A DNA stretch of 27,766 bases from Nitrososphaerota archaeon (lineage in GTDB: Archaea > Thermoproteota > Nitrososphaeria > Nitrososphaerales > JACQRY01): NCBI GenBank assembly GCA_016206275.1, contig JACQRY010000255.1, positions 1 through 27,766 of the forward strand. The letters are read 5' to 3'. The notes under the pieces are model-generated. The model ran no database searches, was not told the DNA's origin, and worked only from the letters and a program-made list of their open reading frames with translations. The translations under genes and the position numbers were made by a program. Every line of letters starts with the position of its first letter. Position 1 is the stretch's first letter. Positions 19,040 to 26,535 of this stretch are shown here, in pieces.

Positions 19040-19104
19040 GGTTAGACGACTTACCGCGAATTTTCCTTAAACCTTATAAGGATTCGAACATGATACTTCA
19101 AGTC

Positions 19105-19413
19105 ATGCCCCTTTACGTCAGATTGATCAAATACACTGATCAGGGATTGAAGACACTCAAAGATCTGCCTTCAAGACTCTCCTCAGTCCGCAAGATAGTA
19201 GAAGCGAATGGCGGCAAACTAGTCAGCTCCTATGTGACTTTAGGTCCCTACGATGTAGTTTCCATACTTGAGGCGCCCAGCGATGAAGCAGCTTTCAAAA
19301 TAGGTGTGCAGATAGCTGCTCAGGGAAACCTTTCTTCCCAAACCATGAGAGCCATAACGATGTCGGAATTTGTGAAGCTGACCCGCGGACCCTCTAAAGC
19401 TAAGGGCAAGTAG
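19105..19413 (+). CDS. GYD-domain protein
   Basis: MPLYVRLIKYTDQG...GGKLVSSYVTLGPYDVVSILEAPS. The ORF opens at 19090; ATG 19105 matches the family N-terminus as I recall it. Confidence 0.88.
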   Translation: MPLYVRLIKYTDQGLKTLKDLPSRLSSVRKIVEANGGKLVSSYVTLGPYDVVSILEAPSDEAAFKIGVQIAAQGNLSSQTMRAITMSEFVKLTRGPSKAKGK

Positions 19414-19818
19414 ATTCAAACATCCCCCTTTGGTGTACACGTATGCTGCTCCTATGGTTAGAGTAATTCATCATCCTCTGAAAACCAGATCTGTATGATT
19501 CCAGCCGCACTCTGTTCTCAAAGGCCAAAGCTATCAAGTATGCTGCTGGTGTCGATGGAAACTGGTTTGGCTTCTTGCATTATCAATCTTCTACAATTGT
19601 CACATCTGGAGATATTATTCAATTTAGACTAACGCCCTAAAATCTGGTTTAGGAGGGGAAGGAAGCAGATTATCTGAGATATACTTGGAGAGAATTTCGT
19701 TGTGAGTAGTGAGTTGATGATTAGGTAGAACCTAGAATACGCATCTAACAACGGGCCTATCCGCCTGTTTTGGAGCTGGACGCCTTCTGGCTTCCGTCTG
19801 ACGTGTCTGGGTATTTCT

Positions 19819-19941
19819 CTACACTACTAATGCTATCACCATCGCTGCCTGTCTTAGACGCTCCTCTTCGACAGTATCGTCAGCGTAGGCGAATGTCCCA
19901 GTAGGGACGGTTTCAACCTGAGACACAGTTTTGACCCTCAT
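19819..19941 (-). CDS. Candidate 40-aa small protein (below ORF-track cutoff)
   Basis: MRVKTVSQVETVPTGTFAYADDTVEEERLRQAAMVIALVV; SD-like GGGTGTGA just upstream and TTATAA at 19977-19982. Confidence 0.3.
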   Translation of the reverse strand: MRVKTVSQVETVPTGTFAYADDTVEEERLRQAAMVIALVV

Positions 19942-20360
19942 TCTTTCACACCCTGTTTACTTATTCAGCAGATCAATTATAAGGCTCTATGATACAGTCT
20001 TACTGCAAAAGCGTTCAGATTTTCATTATGAATTGGTTACGCGATCTAATTCTTATGAGGCCGCGTATCCCTCGTAATCTAGCTGACCATTTTATTCGCT
20101 GATCTTCTTGGCGCAGCTGGGGGTTTCTGATAGTACATTTTCTCTCTGATACCTGCTATGTATTAGGCATCTTTCGGGTTCCGATACTTCTCGTCCGCAT
20201 TTATATACCCCCTGAACCCTTTTCACACCGGCGCCAGCACCAACTCCTTAATAGTTATCCGAACACCCTACAGTATTCCTTAGGAATCTGGCGCTGACTA
20301 CTCTTCAACGTGCATCAGACTTATATCAACCACGGTCAGCATTCGTACAGATTTCTGGAA

Positions 20361-22757
20361 ATGGTCGTCCGGAAATGGGTAGGGAAGTCGATTAAGCGCA
20401 GGGAAGATCCTAGGTTTCTGACTGGCAAAGGGACCTTTGTAGACGATTTTAGGTTACAAGACATGTGCTACGCAGCTTTTCTGCGGAGCCCCTATGCCCA
20501 TGCCAAGATAAGGCGGCTAGATGTGAGCAGAGTTCTTGAGAGACCAGGGGTCCTCACGGTGATCTCAGGCGAAGAGCTGGTCCATATCTCTGAGCCTCAG
20601 CCCGGAAGAGCTGTCATGGAGAAGGTTAAGGAGTATCCTTTAGCTGTTGAGAAAGTAGGTTATCAGGGACAGCCGTTAGCTGCCGTGGTGGCTACCACTA
20701 GGGGTCTTGCCGAAGACGCTCTTGACGATTTTGACGTTGAATATGAGCCTCTAGAGGTCATTGTTGACCCTGAGGAAGCAGCCTCAGGAAACGGTCCGCT
20801 GATAATGGAGGAGTTGGGCAGCAATGTGGCTTGGCATGGCGTGCTTCAGTACGGGGAACCAGATGAAGATTTTGCCGAGGCAGACTTGGTGGTAGAAGAG
20901 AAGTTCAAGATTCCCCGCTACAGTTCGACAGCCCTCGAGCCTAATGGATGCGTAGCTAGCTACGACCATGTTAGCGACATGCTAACAGTCTGGTCCAATG
21001 CTCAGACGATTCAAGGCATACCTTGGCTTTCAAGAGCCACCAAGATACCTCCGTCGAGAATCAGGATCATTATAGGGGATCTTGGAGGAGGTTTCGGCAC
21101 TCGCCATGTCTCCCGTGAACTCATGGTCTTGACTGCTCTTCTATCCATCAAGACTGGTAGACCAGTCAAATACGTTGAGGACAGGAAGGAGATGATGATA
21201 TCCACGGGCAATCAGAGTCATGGGGGCATCTACGAGCTAAAGTTGGCTTTGAGGAAGGATGGGACCTTTCTAGCTCTCAGGCTCAAAGACATTACAGACG
21301 AGGGTGCGAGCCCCTCTGGAGCAGGTCAATGGTTTGCCATCAAGCTGACTAATATCACGGGGCTCTACAAGATCAAGAGTGTGTATTATGAGGGTTACTC
21401 GGTGCTCACCAATCTTTCTGTGGCGGGCTCAGATAGAGGCTTGGGCAAACCCCACATGGCTTTCATGTTGGAGCGACTCGTCGACTTGGCGGCTAAGAAA
21501 CTGAATATGGATCCTGTAGAGATAAGGCTCAAGAACTTTGTTCAGCCCGATCAAATGCCCTACACCACACCCAGCGGAAACATAATCGACGGCGGAGACT
21601 TCACAGCAACCTTCAGAAAGGCCTTGGAGATGGTAAACTACAAGCATTGGATGAGAGAGCGTGAAAAAGCTAGGCATGAAGGCAGGCTACTAGGCATAGG
21701 CATAGCCTGCAATGTGGATCCTGGAGGCCACAACCCTGGTCGGGAAGTCCTGTTAGGCGGAGACCCGAAGGCTATCACTCACAGAGTTGCTGGCGCAGTG
21801 GTCAGAGTTGATCCATTGGGTAAGGTAGCTGTGCTTAGATCGGCTGTCAACATGGGTACTGCTCATGAAACTAGTCTCGCTCAGGTCATGGCTGATGAGT
21901 TGGGCGTCAACTATGATGATGTATATGTGGTACCATTATTGGATACCTATTCTTCTCCATGGACCACGTCTTCAGGCACGGCTGGTGATCTTTACTCGTC
22001 TATCTATCTTGGTGCTGCAGTGACTGCCGCGAGGAAAGTAAGGGAGAAGATGGCGAGGATCGCTGCCAGTATGCTGGACACTAGTCTTGAAGAAATAGAG
22101 TTTGTCGATGGAAAGGCCTTCGTGAAGGATTCGCCTCAAAGATCTGTGGCTGTCAAGGACATTGCTTCAGCGGCTTACCATAATGTGGTTGGCTCTCCTC
22201 TTCTACCTGAAGGAGTTGATCTGGGCTTGCACGAGGCTGCGTATTTCTATGCTCCTCAAGCTCATCCACCTGACGAGAAGAATAGGATCAGTTGTCACTA
22301 CACGTATGGCAATCAGACTCACGTAGCGGTAGTTGAGGTTGATCGTGACACTGGTAGGATTAACATCTTGAAATATCTGGTTGCCCACGACTCTGGGACG
22401 ATAATCAATCCTATGACTATTGATGGACAAGTTCATGGACATGTATCCCACTTTATTTCAGTAGCCTTGGGCGAGCAATACGTGTATGATGAAGAAGGGC
22501 AGCTGCTCACTTCAACCTTCGCAGACTACTTCAAGCCCACGGCTGTGGATAGCATTGATGTCGATGTTGTCCACTTGGAGACTCCTTCCACATGGGCACC
22601 CATAGGAGCGAAGGCAGTTGGGGAGGGACCTACAATCCCTGTGATGCCTGCTATCGCCAGCGCTGTGGAAGATGCGTTAGCCGCGTACAATGTCATGGTC
22701 ACCGAGATACCGATAACCTCAGAAAAAGTATGGAGCTGGATTCATCGCGGAGAATAG
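20361..22757 (+). CDS. Xanthine dehydrogenase family molybdopterin-binding large subunit (CoxL/CutL-like)
   Basis: VGKSIKRREDPRFLTG, GGGFG, IINPMTIDGQVHG, AKAVGEG. Start moved from GTG 20310 to ATG 20361 to match the usual N-terminus. Confidence 0.93.
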   Translation: MVVRKWVGKSIKRREDPRFLTGKGTFVDDFRLQDMCYAAFLRSPYAHAKIRRLDVSRVLERPGVLTVISGEELVHISEPQPGRAVMEKVKEYPLAVEKVGYQGQPLAAVVATTRGLAEDALDDFDVEYEPLEVIVDPEEAASGNGPLIMEELGSNVAWHGVLQYGEPDEDFAEADLVVEEKFKIPRYSSTALEPNGCVASYDHVSDMLTVWSNAQTIQGIPWLSRATKIPPSRIRIIIGDLGGGFGTRHVSRELMVLTALLSIKTGRPVKYVEDRKEMMISTGNQSHGGIYELKLALRKDGTFLALRLKDITDEGASPSGAGQWFAIKLTNITGLYKIKSVYYEGYSVLTNLSVAGSDRGLGKPHMAFMLERLVDLAAKKLNMDPVEIRLKNFVQPDQMPYTTPSGNIIDGGDFTATFRKALEMVNYKHWMREREKARHEGRLLGIGIACNVDPGGHNPGREVLLGGDPKAITHRVAGAVVRVDPLGKVAVLRSAVNMGTAHETSLAQVMADELGVNYDDVYVVPLLDTYSSPWTTSSGTAGDLYSSIYLGAAVTAARKVREKMARIAASMLDTSLEEIEFVDGKAFVKDSPQRSVAVKDIASAAYHNVVGSPLLPEGVDLGLHEAAYFYAPQAHPPDEKNRISCHYTYGNQTHVAVVEVDRDTGRINILKYLVAHDSGTIINPMTIDGQVHGHVSHFISVALGEQYVYDEEGQLLTSTFADYFKPTAVDSIDVDVVHLETPSTWAPIGAKAVGEGPTIPVMPAIASAVEDALAAYNVMVTEIPITSEKVWSWIHRGE

Positions 22758-22859
22758 GACTCTTCTGAATTTGCTCTGTTCGTGGCGTGTCGAATAGTTA
22801 CGGGGCTGCAGCGATTCAGATAAATAACCAGTAGCATCGGCTTTCTCCGACGATTTCTT

Positions 22860-24131
22860 ATGGCTAGGCCATCGAATGTATCAGGCTTCTACAAGCTTCC
22901 CCCAGAGGAGAGGCTCAAGATAATCAAGGAGGCTGTTGGGCTAAGCAATGAAGAGGCTGACCTCTTGAGGTCTACGGGAGGTTTGAAGCTGGATGCTGCT
23001 AACAGGATGATTGAAAACGTGATCGGGGGAATCACTTATCCGTTTGCGGTCGCGACTAACTTTCTGATCAATAGTCGGGACTATTTCGTTCCTATGGCTC
23101 TTGAGGAGCCTAGTGTTGTTGCTGCTGCGAGTAATGCTGCTGGGTGGACTAGGGGTAAAGGGGGCTTCTTTACCAGTAATACTGGGCCTGTTATGATAGG
23201 GCAGATACAGGTTGTGGGTGTGCGTGATCCTTTCGGCGCTAAGATGGATATTTTGGCTGCCAAGGATAGGGTTCTTGATAGGGCTAATGGTGTTGACCCT
23301 GTCCTAGTGAAGTTCGGTGGAGGGGCGAAGGATGTAGAGGTTAAGGTGATTGACACGGTTCGCGGCCCGATGATTGTCTGTGAGCTTATTGTTGATTGTA
23401 GGGATGCTATGGGTGCTAATGCTGTGAACTCTATGGCTGAGATTGTTGCCCCCATGATCGAGGAACTTTCCGGGGGTAAAGTATTGTTGAGGATCATTTC
23501 TAATCTTGCTACGAGGAGACTTGTTAGGGCTAAGGCTGTCTTCGCTAAGGACGCTGTTGGCGGTGAGGATGTGGTTGATGGGGTTCTTGATGCTTTTGCG
23601 TTTGCTGATGCGGATCCGTATCGTTGTGCGACTCATAACAAGGGGATTATGAATGGTGTGGTTGCTGTTGCGTTAGCCACGGGTCAGGATCATAGGGCAT
23701 TGGAGGCTGGCGCCCATGCTTATGCTGCTCGGAGCGGCAGGTATCGTTCTTTGAGTACTTGGGAGAAGAGTGGCGATGGTGATCTTGTCGGCACTCTGGA
23801 GATGCCTATGGCCGTAGGTCTGATTGGCGGTGCTACTGCTGTTCATCCCATTGCGAAGATTGCTGTGAAGATTCTAGGCGTGAAGACTGCTGTCGAGCTG
23901 GCTGAGGTTATTGGCGCTGTGGGTTTGGCTCAGAATGTGGCTGCTCTCCGGGCCCTTGCGTCTGAAGGTATTCAGAAGGGGCACATGAAGCTGCATGCGA
24001 GGAATGTAGCTACTATGGCTGGGGCTACTGGCGATTTGGTTGATAAGATTGCCGCCAAGATGGTTGAGGAACATATGGTCAGGTTTGATAGGGCTAAGCA
24101 GCTGGTCGAAGAATTGTCCCGCAAACCTTGA
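22860..24131 (+). CDS. mvaA: Hydroxymethylglutaryl-CoA reductase, class II
   Basis: ENVIG, EEPSVVAA, DAMGAN, THNKGIMNG, GIQKGHMKLH. Confidence 0.95.
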   Translation: MARPSNVSGFYKLPPEERLKIIKEAVGLSNEEADLLRSTGGLKLDAANRMIENVIGGITYPFAVATNFLINSRDYFVPMALEEPSVVAAASNAAGWTRGKGGFFTSNTGPVMIGQIQVVGVRDPFGAKMDILAAKDRVLDRANGVDPVLVKFGGGAKDVEVKVIDTVRGPMIVCELIVDCRDAMGANAVNSMAEIVAPMIEELSGGKVLLRIISNLATRRLVRAKAVFAKDAVGGEDVVDGVLDAFAFADADPYRCATHNKGIMNGVVAVALATGQDHRALEAGAHAYAARSGRYRSLSTWEKSGDGDLVGTLEMPMAVGLIGGATAVHPIAKIAVKILGVKTAVELAEVIGAVGLAQNVAALRALASEGIQKGHMKLHARNVATMAGATGDLVDKIAAKMVEEHMVRFDRAKQLVEELSRKP

Positions 24132-24210
24132 TCTTATCTCTGCCGTATGAATCTTGGTCTAATCGATTTATAGCTATTCTAGGTGGATCTGAAGCGGGGA
24201 TGATCGTAGA

Positions 24211-25248
24211 TTGACGGTCTTTCATGATCTGGCGTTGGGTTTCACGAGCAGGATGAAGGTTGCTGATGTAGGCGAGCATGCTGCTTGGGGTGAGGAGAAC
24301 GGTGTTGGGGAGATGTGGACCACTGAGTCCGCTGCTTTCAGAACGAGTTTCTCTATTCTTACCCTTGTGGCTGCTCGAACAAAGAAGATGAAGCTTGGCT
24401 TAGGGACTACTGGTGTCTATGCTAGACACCCAGCTATCATTGCTGCTGAGATAGCTACTTTAGACGAGTTCTCTGCCAAGAGGCTTACGGTTGGTCTAGG
24501 TATTGATCCGACCCCTAGGATTGATTCTGATGGTTCTATGAGATCTATGTTGCCCATCGCTGCCATAAGAGAGGCCATGGAGATTATTCGGGGCACCATG
24601 GATGGTACGATTAGGGGATATGATGGTAAGGTCTTCAAGATGAATAATCCTGAGTTGAACTTCGAGTTTGAGCCTATTCGCAAGAAGGTTCCTCTCTACT
24701 TGGGAGCTAAAAGCCCCCAGATGCTCCACTTGGCTGGAGGTATGAGTGACGGCTTGGTCATGACGCTTCTCACCACGCCCAGATATGTTAGGTATGCGTG
24801 GAAGGAGCTTGAAGCAGGTGCGAAGATGGCTGGTAAAGGTCTGGGAGACGATTTCGGTTTGGTTGCATACCTCCTGTTTTCTGTAGCTAAAGATAGAAAG
24901 GCTGCTAGGGAAGCTACGAAACAGTTCTTAGGCACCTATCTGGCCCATGTGCGTTACGGGCCAGCTCAGAAAGAAGCAGGAGTAAGTGAGGAAGAAATCA
25001 GGCCGTTTAAGGAGGCTCATGACCACCACGATCATAGCGGCTTAGCTAAGCTTGTGACAGACGAGCATATCGACAAGTTTGCTACTGCAGGTACTCCTGC
25101 GGACTGCGCAGAAACCATCATGGAGTATGTGGAGGCTGGGGTGAGGACGCCTGTGGCCTTCTATCCGTTCGGCCCTAATCCTCGCGAAGCGATTAAGCTG
25201 ATTGGCAGAGAGGTTCTGCCTCTGGTCAGGAAGAAGGCTAGGCGATAA
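24211..25248 (+). CDS. LLM-class oxidoreductase, Mer (methylene-H4MPT reductase)-like, likely F420-dependent
   Basis: MWTTES, KLGLGTTGVYARHPAIIAAEIATLDE, VPLYLGAKSPQMLHLAG, FATAGTP; TTG start. Confidence 0.9.
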   Translation: MTVFHDLALGFTSRMKVADVGEHAAWGEENGVGEMWTTESAAFRTSFSILTLVAARTKKMKLGLGTTGVYARHPAIIAAEIATLDEFSAKRLTVGLGIDPTPRIDSDGSMRSMLPIAAIREAMEIIRGTMDGTIRGYDGKVFKMNNPELNFEFEPIRKKVPLYLGAKSPQMLHLAGGMSDGLVMTLLTTPRYVRYAWKELEAGAKMAGKGLGDDFGLVAYLLFSVAKDRKAAREATKQFLGTYLAHVRYGPAQKEAGVSEEEIRPFKEAHDHHDHSGLAKLVTDEHIDKFATAGTPADCAETIMEYVEAGVRTPVAFYPFGPNPREAIKLIGREVLPLVRKKARR

Positions 25249-25257
25249 ATGGTTCGA

Positions 25258-25380
25258 TAGGGGAGGCTTACTTTTTGGATGGTTCTACCTGTTCCTGTGT
25301 GTAGGGTGAGGACTAGGGGGGTTTTAATGGGTTCAGGGTTTGTTCGTTGTTGTTCTGGTTTGGCTGGTCTGTTCTCCATA
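25258..25380. repeat. Low-complexity G/T-rich intergenic tract containing copy B of the 42-bp repeat (25313-25354, minus strand)
   Basis: The reverse complement of 25313-25354 reads AACAACAACGAACAAACCCTGAACCCATTAAAACCCCCCTAG, 35/42 identical to 3392-3433. Confidence 0.65.
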
Positions 25381-25565
25381 TCTGTTTCCGTTGAACACGA
25401 CATCTTGGAGCACCACCTATTCCAAATAACCGCGCAGAATATTCGGCTGACCCTGCTGTTCGATCGCGTATTCTGCAGTTGAGAAATTTTACCTGAGGCT
25501 CAACCAGAATAGACCAAGTATTCGATATATGGCGTAATCCTATTACTCCTCCTGAGGGAGATAAT

Positions 25566-25745
25566 ATGGGAAACTTCACAGTAGGTCAGACATGGGGGGC
25601 ACTGAGAAAAGCCTGGAAGGCATACAAGATCGCCAAAGCACAGAGCGACTCAAGTAAGATGAAGGAATACGCAACTCGAATCAGAACTCTGCAGGGAGAG
25701 CTGGGGACTGCTCAAGCGAGCTTCCCCGATCTAGGTATATCATAA
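25566..25745 (+). CDS. Small helical hypothetical protein, 59 aa (missed by ORF track)
   Basis: MGNFTVGQTWGALRKAWKAYKIAKAQSDSSKMKEYATRIRTLQGELGTAQASFPDLGIS; SD-like GAGGGAG upstream and T7 run downstream. It resembles small hypothetical proteins I recall from Thaumarchaeota (unverified). Confidence 0.8.
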   Translation: MGNFTVGQTWGALRKAWKAYKIAKAQSDSSKMKEYATRIRTLQGELGTAQASFPDLGIS

Positions 25746-25766
25746 ACTCCCCCTCACCCTTTTTTT
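25746..25766 (+). terminator. Oligo-T terminator candidate
   Basis: C-rich stretch followed by T7 (25760-25766) after the 59-aa gene. Confidence 0.5.
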
Positions 25767-26102
25767 CTGCATGTTGATGAGGCCACAGCTTAGCTGGTAT
25801 TCGTCAACAATATGAGGGTCATGAGCCCCGTCCTCATGGAACCAGCGCAGCTCCTTTGTTAGGGCCGAGACTTTTCTAACCCCTACCCATAGGGGATTGA
25901 TGCCAAGCGATACCTTGTCCATCGCGCTTCGAGTGAGTGTTTGTAGTCTTTTGGTTTCTTTCTGTTGATGCGCAGTTGTGCTATGCTTTTTTGTCGAATA
26001 TCTTTCGGTTAATGAGGGTGCTTGCACGGCAGACGAGCCTAAGAGGGGGATGCGATATCAAGGCAGCTGAGAGGAAATAGCTCTACAAGTTCGCCGATTC
26101 AT

Positions 26103-26118
26103 CGAAAAGGTATTTAGT
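26103..26118 (+). promoter_or_regulatory. BRE-TATA promoter of tRNA-Val
   Basis: CGAAAAGG followed by TATTTAGT, about 30 bp upstream of the mature tRNA 5' end. Confidence 0.65.
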
Positions 26119-26141
26119 GAACGTCTATCGAGGCGAGGATA

Positions 26142-26216
26142 GGGCCGGTCGTCTAGTTTGGTTAGGACATCGCTCTGACACGGCGAAGGTCGGTGGTTCA
26201 AATCCGCCCCGGCCCA
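26142..26216 (+). tRNA. tRNA-Val(GAC), intronless, CCA not encoded
   Basis: Acceptor GGGCCGG/CCGGCCC, D-arm, anticodon arm TCGCT-CT GAC AC-GGCGA, T-arm GGTGG-TTCAAAT-CCGCC, discriminator A. Confidence 0.97.
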
Positions 26217-26268
26217 CTCTTCTTAAGCACAAGGGTCTTCCCGTATCGGTGTTGCGAACATATCTGTG

Positions 26269-26325
26269 ATTTCAATCTATTGCTTGATACTCGGTATAGC
26301 GATGTAGTGGAAAGTAGATTGAAAT
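26269..26325. repeat. 11-bp perfect inverted repeat enclosing a smaller hairpin
   Basis: ATTTCAATCTA (26269-26279) / TAGATTGAAAT (26315-26325); the interior GCTTGATAC-TCG-GTATAGC can pair. Confidence 0.7.
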
Positions 26326-26535
26326 GCTTCTAATCAGCGTAATTATCCAAGACCTCTGAATGATCAACTTTATCGGAAAGAAGAGGAGTGGATTTCGCTA
26401 CCCTACTAATGTTTTTCTGGTTGATTGGTGTGGAAGGCAGCTGGTTTGTCCTCTCATTAAAGAAAATTAAACTGTAACAGTCAGAAGAATGGCATTATAC
26501 GTTTTCTTCCACTGTAATCTGTGGGTAGGAATCTC

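Noticed and set aside
19414-20360. Canonical archaeal replication origin
   Set aside because: No TCCAGTGGAAA-type ORB repeats and no cdc6/orc1 or whiP nearby; the skew change seems to fall several kb to the left. Only the non-canonical motif is reported.
20361-22757. Aerobic CO dehydrogenase (coxL form I)
   Set aside because: Lacks the AYxCSFR loop and has no coxM/coxS or accessory genes beside it.
25434-25476. Inverted repeat GCAGAATA/TATTCTGC
   Set aside because: An 8-bp stem with a 27-nt spacer is within chance expectation for this window size.
25161-25579. ORFs 25161-25403(-), 25279-25482(+) and 25313-25579(-)
   Set aside because: They are translations of the low-complexity G/T tract, which lacks stops by composition.
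25740-26027. 95-aa minus-strand ORF
   Set aside because: No recognizable motif; it runs through the terminator and stop of the 59-aa gene, and its N-terminus mirrors the local G/T bias. A shorter gene from MDKVSL cannot be excluded.
26269-26325. CRISPR array
   Set aside because: Only one palindromic unit with repeat-like ends; no repeat-spacer periodicity and no cas genes.
26360-26470. 36-aa ORF MINFIGKKRSGFRYPTNVFLVDWCGRQLVCPLIKEN
   Set aside because: Too short, with no clear SD or family motif; unsupported without homology.
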